NCBI GenBank assembly: GCA_050742155.1
Contig: JBOGFC010000186.1
Location: 1-55,620, forward strand
From: Acidimicrobiia bacterium
GTDB taxonomy: Bacteria > Actinomycetota > Acidimicrobiia > Spongiisociales > JALYHC01
Reading direction: 5' to 3'
Length of the DNA: 55,620 nucleotides
In this document: piece after piece, positions 26,566 to 37,480 of the stretch
How the letters are laid out: the number at the start of each line of letters is the position of its first letter
How positions within the stretch are numbered: the first letter of the stretch is position 1
Position numbers and translations under genes: made by a program
The notes under the pieces: generated by a model
Database searches by the model: none
What the model was told of the DNA's origin: nothing
The model's input: the letters and a program-made list of their open reading frames with translations, nothing else

Positions 26566-27418
26566 GGGCCAGGTTGTAGTACGAGGTCCAGGCCGGGGCA
26601 ACGTGGTGTGCGACCTGGACGGGGTGGTCTACCTCGACCTGGAGGAGGTACCGGGGGCCGGAGACGCCCTGCGAGAGCTGGAGCGTCAGGACCACCGGCT
26701 CCTCTTCGTCACCAACAACTCGACCAGCTCGCCCGGGACGGTGGCCGAGCGTATCGCCCAGCTCACCGACTACCCGGCGGCGGTCTCACAGGTGCTCACC
26801 TCGGCGCTGGCCGTCGCCCGGATGCTCGCCGCCGATCGCCCCCGATGCCTGGTCGTGGGGGGCGAGGGGATCGAGGAGGCCCTGGACGGGGAAGGCATCC
26901 CCCGCACCGAGAACTGGCGCCGGGCGGAGGCGGTGGTGGTGGGCCTGGACCGGCGGCTCACCTACGAACGGCTCCGGGACGCCACCCTGGCGCTGCGGGC
27001 GGGGGCTCGATTCCTGGCCACCAACGTCGACCCGACCTTGCCCACACCCGAGGGGCAGTGGCCCGGCGCCGGATCGATCGTGGCGGCGCTCGAGGCGGCC
27101 AGCGATCGCCGGCCGGAGATCGCCGGCAAGCCCCATCAGCCGATGCGGGAGCTGGTCCGCAGCCGGCTCGGGCCCGGCCCGACCTGGGTGGTGGGAGACC
27201 GACCGTCGACCGACCTGGCGATGGCCCGGGCGGAGGGATGGCGAGCGGTGCTGGTGTTGAGTGGGGTGGCGGTCGACCCGGGGGCCGGGGGCCATGAGCA
27301 CGCTCCCGACCTGGTCGTGGAGAGCCTGGCAGACCTGCCGGGGGCCCTGGCGGCTGCTAGCGGGCCCCCAGGACCTGCCGGCGGTGGGACCGGAGGCGCC
27401 GGCGGAGAGCAGGGCTGA
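26564..27418 (+). CDS. HAD-IIA family hydrolase (NagD-like)
   Basis: Track ORF 26435..27418 trimmed to ATG 26564 (GTG 26603 is an alternative). Motifs VVCDLDGVVY, FVTNNST, GKP and VGDRPSTD. Confidence 0.8.
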   Translation: MGQVVVRGPGRGNVVCDLDGVVYLDLEEVPGAGDALRELERQDHRLLFVTNNSTSSPGTVAERIAQLTDYPAAVSQVLTSALAVARMLAADRPRCLVVGGEGIEEALDGEGIPRTENWRRAEAVVVGLDRRLTYERLRDATLALRAGARFLATNVDPTLPTPEGQWPGAGSIVAALEAASDRRPEIAGKPHQPMRELVRSRLGPGPTWVVGDRPSTDLAMARAEGWRAVLVLSGVAVDPGAGGHEHAPDLVVESLADLPGALAAASGPPGPAGGGTGGAGGEQG

Positions 27419-28100
27419 GCACCAGGGTGGCCACCATCCCGAAGAGGAAGCCGGCCACGTGAGCCTGCCAGGCGATGCCGCTCTGGCCCCCGGCCAGCAG
27501 GAACTGGCCTGCGAACCAGATGAGGAGGAACACCCAGGCCCGCACGGCCACGAACCAGGGTAGGAAGAAGATCGGGATGACGGTCAGCACCGAGGCGCTC
27601 GGAAACAGCACCAGATACGAGCCCATGATCCCGGCGATCGCTCCCGAGGCTCCCACCAAGGGGATGGTGCTCTCCGGCTGGAGCAGCACGTAGCCGACGG
27701 TGGCGACCACCCCCGAGGCCAGATAGAGAATGGCGTAACCCAGCCGTCCGTAGGCGTCCTCGATGTTGTTGCCGAATATCCACAGGCTGAGCATGTTGCC
27801 GAACAGATGGAGAAGGCCCCCGTGCAGGAACATCGAGGTGAGCACGCTCCCCAGCACCAGCTTGTCGGGAAACACCGGCTGGCCTCCCTCTGAACAGCCG
27901 CCCCCCCCGACCTCGCCGGTATCGAGCGGCTCGCCGTTGGTGAGCTCGCAGGGGATGGCGGCGTACCGGTAGGCGAACTGCTCAACCTCGCCGCCTGTCT
28001 CTGGCTGGACGAAGAAGAAGATGTAGATCGCCAGCGCGATGATGCCCCAGGTGAGCCAGGGGCGCCGAAGGCTCGGGTTGACGTCTCGAATCGGGATCAA
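27357..28100 (-). CDS. Rhomboid family intramembrane serine protease
   Basis: 247 aa. HLFGNM motif and catalytic GASGAIAG. Multiple TM helices. Confidence 0.9.
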   Translation of the reverse strand: MIPIRDVNPSLRRPWLTWGIIALAIYIFFFVQPETGGEVEQFAYRYAAIPCELTNGEPLDTGEVGGGGCSEGGQPVFPDKLVLGSVLTSMFLHGGLLHLFGNMLSLWIFGNNIEDAYGRLGYAILYLASGVVATVGYVLLQPESTIPLVGASGAIAGIMGSYLVLFPSASVLTVIPIFFLPWFVAVRAWVFLLIWFAGQFLLAGGQSGIAWQAHVAGFLFGMVATLVLSPALRRRLRSHRRQVLGAR

Positions 28101-28139
28101 AGACGGTTCCTATCAGAGGTACCGGTGATAATGGGACAC

Positions 28140-28310
28140 ATGGATATTACGAGGGACCTCCTCGAAGTGCTCGACCGCCTCCGGGAGGCAGATCCGGCCG
28201 AGGCACCGGACCCGGCCGACGAGCTGGCCACGCGGCTGGCCGGCTTGCTCGAGGAAGAGGATGTAGGAGGGGACGTTCGCGGCCCAGTGAGAACGGGAGA
28301 GCCGAACTGA
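28140..28310 (+). CDS. Small acidic hypothetical protein upstream of tlyA
   Basis: Track ORF 28125..28310; Met6 is the preferred start. Mycobacteria also carry a small conserved ORF at this position (Rv1693, from memory). Confidence 0.45.
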   Translation: MDITRDLLEVLDRLREADPAEAPDPADELATRLAGLLEEEDVGGDVRGPVRTGEPN

Positions 28311-29086
28311 GTCGCCGGCGGCTCGACACGGAATTGGTGCGCCGCAGGCTGGTCGAGAGCCGCGCCGCCGCCCGGCGGGCCATCGACGAGCGGCGGGTCC
28401 GGGTGGGGGATGTCGCCCAGCCCAAGGCGGCCACCCTGGTCGATCAGGCCACGTCAATCGATCTGATCGAGCCGGAGGCTGCCTACGTCAGCCGGGGTGG
28501 GGTGAAGCTGGCCGGCGCGATGGAGCAGCTCGACATCCCCATCGCCGGGCGCAAGGCTCTCGATGCCGGTGCATCCACGGGGGGGTTCACCGACTACCTC
28601 TTACAACAGGGGGCCGCCGGGGTGACCGCCCTCGACGTGGGCTACGGGCAGCTTCATTGGCGTCTGCGGGGCGACCCGAGGGTGAGGGTGGTCGAGCGGA
28701 CCAACCTCCGGCTGGTGGACCCCCAAGACCTGGACGCTCCTTTCGACTTGGTGGTGGCGGACCTCTCTTTCATATCTCTCGCGATGGTGGCCAAGGTGCT
28801 GGCATCGGTCGGTCACGCGGGGACCGACTACCTCCTGTTGGTGAAGCCGCAGTTCGAGGTGGGGCCGGAGCGGGTGGGAAAAGGGGGTGTGGTTCGCGAT
28901 CCCGCGGCCCACGCGGCGGCGATCGATGGCGTGGTCGAAGCGCTGGCCGAGGCCGGGCTGGGCACGCGAGGGGTGGTGGCTTCACAGATCACGGGGGAGA
29001 AGGGAAACCGGGAGTTCTTCCTCTGGGCGCGCCCGGGGCCGAGCAGCCTCGACGAGGACCGGATCGCCGAGGCGGTCGGGGCGTGA
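28307..29086 (+). CDS. tlyA: TlyA family rRNA (cytidine-2'-O)-methyltransferase; likely CTG start
   Basis: The track ORF starts at TTG 28334, but in-frame upstream codons encode SRRRLDTELVRRRL, the conserved TlyA N-terminus. CTG 28307 overlaps the upstream stop as CTGA. Also has the S4 domain and the SAM motif LDAGASTGGFTD. Confidence 0.88.
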   Translation: MSRRRLDTELVRRRLVESRAAARRAIDERRVRVGDVAQPKAATLVDQATSIDLIEPEAAYVSRGGVKLAGAMEQLDIPIAGRKALDAGASTGGFTDYLLQQGAAGVTALDVGYGQLHWRLRGDPRVRVVERTNLRLVDPQDLDAPFDLVVADLSFISLAMVAKVLASVGHAGTDYLLLVKPQFEVGPERVGKGGVVRDPAAHAAAIDGVVEALAEAGLGTRGVVASQITGEKGNREFFLWARPGPSSLDEDRIAEAVGA

Positions 29087-29099
29087 GCCCCGCCCCCTC

Positions 29100-29150
29100 C
29101 CGTTCTTGCGTGAGTTCTTGCCCACATACGGTACGAGACTCACGCAAGAA
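29100..29150. repeat. REP-like palindromic element, copy 2
   Basis: CCGTTCTTGCGTGAG ... CTCACGCAAGAA gives a 12-bp perfect stem, with a loop unrelated to copies 1 and 3. Starts 14 nt after the tlyA stop, upstream of nadK. Confidence 0.8.
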
Positions 29151-29189
29151 GCGCGGGGGGAGGTGCCGGGGGGCGATGAGGGTCCTTAC

Positions 29190-30017
29190 GTGAAGCTGGG
29201 GCTGGTGGTCCACGCCGAGCGGCGGCAGGCACACGAGGTGGCCCGCCAAGTGGTGGCGGAGGCACGCCGGCGGGGAATGGAGCTGGTCACCCGGGCTCAC
29301 CAGGCGGAGTGGCTGGACGTCGGGTCGGCCGACCTGAGCGCCCCCGGCGTCGACGTTCTGATGGCCATCGGCGGGGACGGCACCGTCCTGGAGGCGGTGG
29401 AGCTGGCCCTGCAAGCCGACGCGCCGGTGGTGGGGATCAACGTGGGAAGGCTCGGGTTCCTCGCCGAGGTCGAGCCCCCCGAGCTGGAGGGGGCGCTGGA
29501 CGCCCTGGCTGCCGGTGACTGGCAGGAGTCGCTGCGCACCACCGTGCAGGCCCGACTGCGGGGCGGCCGGCCGGTGGTGGGGGTCAACGACGTGGTGGTC
29601 GACAAGTCCTTCAGCCCGCGCACGGTGGCGCTGGGGATCGAGGTCGACGAGCGACACTTCATCACCTACCACGCCGACGGGGTGGTGGTGGCCACCCCAA
29701 CCGGCTCGACCGCCTACAACTACTCGGCCGGGGGCCCGCTGGTGGATCCGGAGCTACCCGCCCTGGTGCTCACCGCCGTGGCACCCCACTCCCTCTTCAC
29801 GCGTTCCATGGTGTTCCCGGCCGCCCGGGCGCTGCGGGTGACGGTCCAGGGCGATCGGATGGCCGGGTTGGCGGTGGATGGACGGCCGGTTGCCTCCCTG
29901 GGGCCGGGGGACTGGGTGGACGTGTCGGCCGGTCCCACTCCGGTCCGGTTTGTGCGGATCGGCCCCCGCGGATTTGCCGAGCGAGTTGGGGGCAAGCTCG
30001 GGGTGGGCGATGCTTGA
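29190..30017 (+). CDS. nadK: NAD(+) kinase
   Basis: Track ORF 28887..30017 trimmed to GTG 29190 (residue 102), after GAGGG. Motifs IGGDGTVL, NVGRLGFL and TPTGSTAYNYSAGGP. Confidence 0.9.
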   Translation: MKLGLVVHAERRQAHEVARQVVAEARRRGMELVTRAHQAEWLDVGSADLSAPGVDVLMAIGGDGTVLEAVELALQADAPVVGINVGRLGFLAEVEPPELEGALDALAAGDWQESLRTTVQARLRGGRPVVGVNDVVVDKSFSPRTVALGIEVDERHFITYHADGVVVATPTGSTAYNYSAGGPLVDPELPALVLTAVAPHSLFTRSMVFPAARALRVTVQGDRMAGLAVDGRPVASLGPGDWVDVSAGPTPVRFVRIGPRGFAERVGGKLGVGDA

Positions 30018-31608
30018 AGAGCTCCGGGTGCGCAACCTCGGGCTCATCGAGGAGGCTTCTCTGGAGCCGGGTCCGGGCTTGGTGGTGGTGAGCGGCGAGA
30101 CGGGGGCCGGCAAGACGTTGCTGCTGGGAGCCCTCGGCCTGCTGAGCGGGTCACCGGCCCGCACCGACCGGATCGGACCGGCCGGGGAAGAGGCCAGCGT
30201 GGAGGGTCGGTTCCTGGTCGGGAACCGGGAGATCGTGGTGGGACGGCGGCTGGTGAGCGGGGGTCGCAACCGTGCCTATCTCGATGGGAGCATCGTCCCG
30301 GCTCGCCTGGTCGAAGAGCGCATGCGGGGCCTGGTGGAGATCGTCGGCCAGCAAGATCGGCTTGCCGCGGCGGGAGGGGCGGAAGTCCGGCGCATGGTCG
30401 ACTCGCGCCTGGGAGAGCCGGCGGTGCCCCAGGCTTACCGGGAGGCCTGGGAGAGATGGAGCGCCTTGCTCGAGGACCAGCGAAGTCTCGGGGGTGATCT
30501 CCCCTCCCTGGAGCGGGAGCTGGAGATGGTCACCTTCCAGGCGAGAGAGATCTCGGCGGCGGGCTTCGCCCCGGGGGACGAAGAGGCCCTGCGGGAGAGG
30601 GTCACCCGCTTGCGCAGCGCCGAGGAGCTGGCCATCACCCTCTCGGGAGCACTCGAGGCGCTGACCGGCAACGGTGCGGCCACCGACGCCCTGGGCAGCG
30701 CGGTCGCCGGCCTGCGCCGGGCCGCCCGGCTCGATCCTTCGCTGGGTGGGCTGGTCGGGTCGAGCGAGGACCTGGGCGCCTTGGCCGCCGAACTGGCCCT
30801 GGAGGTCCGCTCGCTCCTGGACGGCCTGGGCCGGCACCAGGGGGAGCTCGCCGACATGGAAGAGCGTCTCGCGCGGCTGGGGGCCCTCCGCCGAAAGTAC
30901 GGGAACAGCCTGGCGGAGGTGCTGGCCTTCGGGGAGAGGGCCGAGGCGAGGCGAGCCGAGCTGGCATCACTGCTGGAGCGCGCCGCGCGGCTGGAGGAGG
31001 AGCTGGCCGGAGCTCGACGCAGCTTGGAGCAAGCCGGTCAAGAGCTGCGAGAGGCACGCCGCCGGGCGGCGGTCCGGTTGCAGGACTCGACCGGCGCCCT
31101 GCTCCGGGAGCTCGGGTTCGCCCGTCCGGTGATCGAGGTGGCGGTCACGGCGGGTGAGCCGCGACCGGAGGGAGCCGACCAGATGAAGCTGCTCTTCGCC
31201 TCGGATGCCGCCCTCGATCCGGGTCCGGTGAGCCAGGTGGCTTCAGGGGGCGAGCTGAGCCGCCTGGTCCTCTCCCTGCGCCTGGCGGGGGGGGCCGGCG
31301 AGGCGCCGGTGGTGGCCTTCGACGAGGTCGACGCCGGCCTGGGGGGAGCGGCCGCCCTCGCCCTGGGGCGGAAGCTGGCCGCCCTGGCCGAGCGCCGCCA
31401 GGTGCTCTGCGTCACCCATCTGCCGCAGGTGGCCGCCTTCGCCGACGCTCACTTCGTCGTAGAACGGCTGGGGAACCGGGCCGTGGTTCGGAAGGTGCAG
31501 GGAGAGGAACGGCTCGAGGAGATCTCTCGGATGCTGGCGGGGCTTCCCCAGTCAGAGCGCGGCCGCGGCCACGCTGAGGAGCTGCTCGCCCTGAAGGGGT
31601 CGTCGTAG
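30010..31608 (+). CDS. recN: DNA repair protein RecN
   Basis: Track ORF 29878..31608 trimmed to ATG 30010 (residue 45). MLEELRVRNLGLIEEASL, Walker A GETGAGKT and the C-terminal SGGELSRL signature. Confidence 0.92.
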   Translation: MLEELRVRNLGLIEEASLEPGPGLVVVSGETGAGKTLLLGALGLLSGSPARTDRIGPAGEEASVEGRFLVGNREIVVGRRLVSGGRNRAYLDGSIVPARLVEERMRGLVEIVGQQDRLAAAGGAEVRRMVDSRLGEPAVPQAYREAWERWSALLEDQRSLGGDLPSLERELEMVTFQAREISAAGFAPGDEEALRERVTRLRSAEELAITLSGALEALTGNGAATDALGSAVAGLRRAARLDPSLGGLVGSSEDLGALAAELALEVRSLLDGLGRHQGELADMEERLARLGALRRKYGNSLAEVLAFGERAEARRAELASLLERAARLEEELAGARRSLEQAGQELREARRRAAVRLQDSTGALLRELGFARPVIEVAVTAGEPRPEGADQMKLLFASDAALDPGPVSQVASGGELSRLVLSLRLAGGAGEAPVVAFDEVDAGLGGAAALALGRKLAALAERRQVLCVTHLPQVAAFADAHFVVERLGNRAVVRKVQGEERLEEISRMLAGLPQSERGRGHAEELLALKGSS

Positions 31609-33306
<1,698 letters not shown>

Positions 33307-33387
33307 TGCCCCCCCCTTGGGGTTTTGGCGCGCGATTGTCGGCTAGGGCCCGATTTGTGCGCGCCAGAACGCCGCGATGACGCCCCG

Positions 33388-33927
33388 ATGACCTTCCGGC
33401 TGTTCGGGGTGCGGCACGTCGAGCGAGGCCGGTTGCTCGCTTTCGAGCGCCGCTACTACCACGAGCCGGGGCATGAGACCCTGGTGCGCGAGACGGTCCG
33501 GCATCCCGGGTCGGTGGCGGTGATCCCTGCGGCCGATACCGAGGTGGTGCTGCTGCGCCAGACGCGTACGCCGATCGGGCGCCACCTCCTCGAGATCCCA
33601 GCCGGGCTGCGCGACCACGCCGATGAGGACCCCGCCGAGGCGGCCCGTCGGGAGTGCGAGGAAGAGACCGGATATCGCCCGGAATCCCTGACCCTGCTGC
33701 ACAGCTTCTACAACTCGCCGGGTTTCTGTGACGAGTTTTCGTGGTTGTATCTGGGGGAGGATCTGGCGGAAGTCGGCACCCGGCCCCAGGGGGCCGAGGA
33801 GCGGACCGCGGAGGTGGTACGGATGAGTTGGCAGGATGCCTGGCGGGCGGCGCGCGAGGGGGATATCGAGGATGCCAAGACCCTGCTGGGCTTATACGCG
33901 CTGGCGATGAGAAGGGGCTGGTTGTGA
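33388..33927 (+). CDS. NUDIX hydrolase (ADP-ribose pyrophosphatase-like)
   Basis: Track ORF 33325..33927 trimmed to ATG 33388 (residue 22). Nudix box region AGLRDHADEDPAEAARRECEEETGY. Lies after pyrG, as does Rv1700. Confidence 0.85.
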   Translation: MTFRLFGVRHVERGRLLAFERRYYHEPGHETLVRETVRHPGSVAVIPAADTEVVLLRQTRTPIGRHLLEIPAGLRDHADEDPAEAARRECEEETGYRPESLTLLHSFYNSPGFCDEFSWLYLGEDLAEVGTRPQGAEERTAEVVRMSWQDAWRAAREGDIEDAKTLLGLYALAMRRGWL

Positions 33928-35045
33928 TCATCGGCGTGCCCAGGGAGACGAAGCCCGACGAGTACCGGGTGGCCATCACCCCGGTCGGCGTACGGGAGCT
34001 GGTGGCCCGGGGCCACGAGGTCCTGGTGGAGAGCCAGGCCGGGGAGGGCTCCACCATTCACGACGAGGAGTACGACGCCCAAGGCGCCAAGGTGGTCCCC
34101 ACCGGGGAGGACGTCTACGCCGAGGCGGAGATGGTCCTCAAGGTGAAAGAGCCCCAACCGGACGAGGTTCCCAACCTGCAGGCCGGCCAGGTGCTGTTCA
34201 CCTACCTGCATCTGGCCGCCCACCGGGCGCTCACCGAGGGACTCATGGCCAGCGGGGCCAGTTGCGTCGCCTACGAGACGGTGCAGCTCCCCGACGGGAG
34301 CCTCCCGCTGCTGGCACCGATGTCCGAGATCGCTGGACGGATGGCCACTCAGGTGGGAGCGCACTTCCTCCAGAGGGCCGAGGGTGGCCGAGGGATCCTG
34401 TTGGGAGGGGTCTCCGGGGTGTCGCCGGCCAAGGTGGTGATCATCGGCGCGGGGATGGCCGGGTCCAACGCGGCGGTGGTGGCCATGGGCATGCAGGCCC
34501 AGGTGCTGGCCCTCGACCTGGACATCGGCAAGCTGCGCAAGCTCGACTCGCTCTACCTGGGCCACATCGTCACGCTGTCGTCCAGCCGGCTCACCTTGGA
34601 GCAGCAGGTGGTGGACGCCGATCTGGTGGTCGGGACCGTGCTGGTCCCCGGCGCCTCGGCCCCCAAGCTGGTCACCGAGGAGATGGTGCGGGCCATGAGG
34701 CGCGGCTCGGTGCTGGTCGACGTGGCCATCGATCAGGGAGGCTGCTTCGCGACCAGCCGGGAGACCACCCATACCGAGCCGGTCTATGTGCTCCACGACG
34801 TGGTCCACTACGCGGTCGGCAACATCCCCGGAGCGGTGCCGCACACCTCCACGTACGCCCTCACCAACGCCACCCTCCCGTACGTCGTCACGCTGGCCGA
34901 CCAGGGAGTGCGACGGGCGGTGGAGACCCATTCCGAGCTGCTGATGGGGTTGAACGTGGCGGGAGGCAGGCTGGTCCATCCGGCGGTGGGGCAGAGCCTC
35001 GGCATGCCGGTGGAGCCCGTCGAGCAGGTCCTGGCCGGTCTGTGA
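33924..35045 (+). CDS. ald: Alanine dehydrogenase
   Basis: Track ORF 33741..35045 trimmed to GTG 33924, giving a GTGA overlap. VIIGVPRETKPDEYRVAITP and the NAD motif VVIIGAGMAGSNA. Confidence 0.92.
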   Translation: MIIGVPRETKPDEYRVAITPVGVRELVARGHEVLVESQAGEGSTIHDEEYDAQGAKVVPTGEDVYAEAEMVLKVKEPQPDEVPNLQAGQVLFTYLHLAAHRALTEGLMASGASCVAYETVQLPDGSLPLLAPMSEIAGRMATQVGAHFLQRAEGGRGILLGGVSGVSPAKVVIIGAGMAGSNAAVVAMGMQAQVLALDLDIGKLRKLDSLYLGHIVTLSSSRLTLEQQVVDADLVVGTVLVPGASAPKLVTEEMVRAMRRGSVLVDVAIDQGGCFATSRETTHTEPVYVLHDVVHYAVGNIPGAVPHTSTYALTNATLPYVVTLADQGVRRAVETHSELLMGLNVAGGRLVHPAVGQSLGMPVEPVEQVLAGL

Positions 35046-36058
35046 ACGGCGGGACCCACCCCCCAGCCCCCTCCCGGAGCGAGGGTGAGCGTCTGGAGCG
35101 GGGCGTGGAGGAATTCCTCGTGGCGCTCTCCGCCGAGCGAGGGCTGGCGGCCAACACCTTGGAGGCGTACCGGCGGGACCTCCGCCAGTACCTGGGGTTC
35201 CTGGAGGGTCGTCCTCCCGACCCCGATGCGGTCTCCCACTTCCTCAGCCACCTGCGGGGGCGGGGCCTGCGCCCGGCCTCGGTGGGCCGCAAGCTGGCGG
35301 CGGTGCGCGGGCTGCACCGGTTCTTGGTCGCCGAGGGGATGGCCGATGAGGATCCCACCGTCTGGATCGACAGTCCCCGCCGGGCGACCGGCCTTCCCAA
35401 GGCCCTGGGCGTCGACGAGGTGGAGGCGTTGTTAGGTGCTCCCGACTCCTCCGAGGCGCTGGGACGGCGAGACCGGGCCATGCTCGAGTTCCTCTACGCC
35501 ACCGGCGCCCGCGTCTCGGAAGCGGTGAGGGTGGACCTGGCGGAGCTCGACCTCGAGGGAGGGACCGCCTTGCTGACGGGAAAGGGCGCCAAGCAGCGCA
35601 TGGTGCCGGTGGGCCGCCCGGCCTGCCGGGCCATAGCCGTGTACCTGCCGGACCGGATGGCGCTGCGACGGGGAGGGCGGGACCCGGGACGGGTGTTCCT
35701 CAACGCTTGGGGGCGGCCCATCACCCGCCAGGGGGTGTGGGGGATCGTGCGGCGCCACGCCGCCCGGGCCGGCCTCCCCCCGGAGCGGATCTCGCCCCAC
35801 GTCCTCCGCCACTCGGCGGCCACCCACATGGTGGAAGGAGGGGCCGATCTGAGGACCGTCCAGGAAATGCTGGGGCACGCTAGTATCCGCACCACCCAGG
35901 TGTACACGCGGGTGTCACCGCAACATCTCTATGAGGTCTACGTGACCTCGCACCCACGAGCACATGAGCACAACCATCGACTACGACGCCTCCCGCCGGA
36001 CGCTGACCGAAGAGCGGGAGAAGCTGGTCCATCGGCTCGAGGAGCTGGGGGCCACTGA
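35042..36058 (+). CDS. xerD: Site-specific tyrosine recombinase XerD, with a 31-codon tail beyond the usual HPRA C-terminus
   Basis: Track ORF 34262..36058 trimmed to GTG 35042, giving a GTGA overlap with ald. LEAYRRDLRQYLGFL, the catalytic region HVLRHSAATH and ...TQVYTRV. Confidence 0.85.
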   Translation: MNGGTHPPAPSRSEGERLERGVEEFLVALSAERGLAANTLEAYRRDLRQYLGFLEGRPPDPDAVSHFLSHLRGRGLRPASVGRKLAAVRGLHRFLVAEGMADEDPTVWIDSPRRATGLPKALGVDEVEALLGAPDSSEALGRRDRAMLEFLYATGARVSEAVRVDLAELDLEGGTALLTGKGAKQRMVPVGRPACRAIAVYLPDRMALRRGGRDPGRVFLNAWGRPITRQGVWGIVRRHAARAGLPPERISPHVLRHSAATHMVEGGADLRTVQEMLGHASIRTTQVYTRVSPQHLYEVYVTSHPRAHEHNHRLRRLPPDADRRAGEAGPSARGAGGH

Positions 36059-36317
36059 AGGCGGCGAGCTGCGCGGCGACCGGGAGTTCGCCGACAGCTT
36101 CGCCGATGCCGGCGCGGCCACCGCCGAGCGCACCGAGGTGCTCGGGCTGGTCGAATCGCTGAAGCAGCAACTCGACGACGTGGACAAGGCGCTGGCCAAG
36201 CTGGACGAGGGGACCTACGGGACCTGCGAGAGCTGCGGCCAGCCGATCTCCCCGGCCCGCCTGGAGGCCCGGCCCGCCTCCGTGCTCTGCGTGGATTGCA
36301 AGAACCGCCGGCACTGA
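35964..36317 (+). CDS. DksA/TraR family C4-type zinc-finger protein
   Basis: 117 aa. CESCGQPISPARLEARPASVLCVDC. Confidence 0.85.
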   Translation: MSTTIDYDASRRTLTEEREKLVHRLEELGATEGGELRGDREFADSFADAGAATAERTEVLGLVESLKQQLDDVDKALAKLDEGTYGTCESCGQPISPARLEARPASVLCVDCKNRRH

Positions 36318-36323
36318 GAGAGC

Positions 36324-36950
36324 GTGCCCCTCACCGGTAACCGCCTCCTGGATGTAGCGGTGTTCGTGCTGCTGCTCGTCCCCTCGGTGATCTTCCACGA
36401 GGTCGCCCACGGCTGGATCGCGGCCCGCCTCGGCGACCCGACCGCCCGCCGGGCCGGCCGGCTGACGCTGAATCCACTTCCCCACATCGACCCCGTCGGC
36501 TCGTTGATCCTTCCAGGATTGCTGGCCCTCTCGCGGGCCGGGATCATCTTCGGCTGGGCGAAGCCGGTCCCCGTCAATCCGGCCGCCTTTCGGCGGCCCG
36601 TCTCGGGGATGGCGCTGGTGGCCATCGGAGGCCCGCTCACCAACCTGGCGCTGGCGCTGGCCGCCGGCCGCCTGGTGATGCCCTTCGTCGAGGGAACCGC
36701 CGCCACCGTGGCGGTGGGCTTCGTTCTGCTCAACGTGGTATTGGCCGTGTTCAACCTGCTGCCCATCCCGCCGCTGGACGGGAGCCGCGTGCTGCGCCTC
36801 CTGCTCCCTCCGGAGGGGAGGCGGCTGCTCGGCCTGATCGAGCCATACGGCATCCTCATCCTCTTCGCCCTTTTCTTCCTGTTCGACGAGGCGTTGAGCT
36901 TCGTCGTCCCGCTGGTCCTGCGGGTGGCCGACTGGATCATCGTCACGTGA
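36324..36950 (+). CDS. Site-2 protease family (peptidase M50) membrane metalloprotease
   Basis: 208 aa. HEVAHG zinc motif inside the first TM region. Several TM helices. Confidence 0.85.
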   Translation: MPLTGNRLLDVAVFVLLLVPSVIFHEVAHGWIAARLGDPTARRAGRLTLNPLPHIDPVGSLILPGLLALSRAGIIFGWAKPVPVNPAAFRRPVSGMALVAIGGPLTNLALALAAGRLVMPFVEGTAATVAVGFVLLNVVLAVFNLLPIPPLDGSRVLRLLLPPEGRRLLGLIEPYGILILFALFFLFDEALSFVVPLVLRVADWIIVT

Positions 36951-37480
36951 GGACCGGCCTGGGGGGATGGGGCCACCTGGCGGCTCGCTTGTTCGAGGTG
37001 GCGGCGGCCCGGGAGCTTTCCCCCCGCGAGCAGGCCGAGGTGGCCGGGCTGCTGCGTCCCGAGGAGAGCCGCTGCTTCTGGGGGCAGCCGGCCGCCGATC
37101 AGCGCCATGGATTGGCGGCCGCCCGCCACGTGCTGCGGGCCGCCCCCGGACGGCGCGACCTGGCCCGCGCCGCGCTGCTGCACGACGTGGGCAAGCGCCA
37201 TGCCCGGCTGGGGCCGCTGGGGCGGTCCATAGCCTCCGCCCTGGCCAAGGTGGGGCTGCCGGCGGGGCGCCGGGGCCGGCTCTACCTGGAGCATCCGGCG
37301 CTCGGGGCGCGGGATCTGCGGCAAGTCGGAGCCGAGGCCCTCGTCGTCGACTTCGCTCGCCGCCACCACCAGGAGCCTCCCCTCGAGGCCGATCTCAGGG
37401 ACTGGGCCTTGCTGCGGAGATCGGATCGAGCGAAAGGCGCGGCCCGGCGCGACCCCCCCAATAGCATGACCGCCCGATGA
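36947..37480 (+). CDS. HD domain-containing protein
   Basis: 177 aa. H...LLHDVGK metal-binding signature. Confidence 0.7.
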   Translation: MRTGLGGWGHLAARLFEVAAARELSPREQAEVAGLLRPEESRCFWGQPAADQRHGLAAARHVLRAAPGRRDLARAALLHDVGKRHARLGPLGRSIASALAKVGLPAGRRGRLYLEHPALGARDLRQVGAEALVVDFARRHHQEPPLEADLRDWALLRRSDRAKGAARRDPPNSMTAR

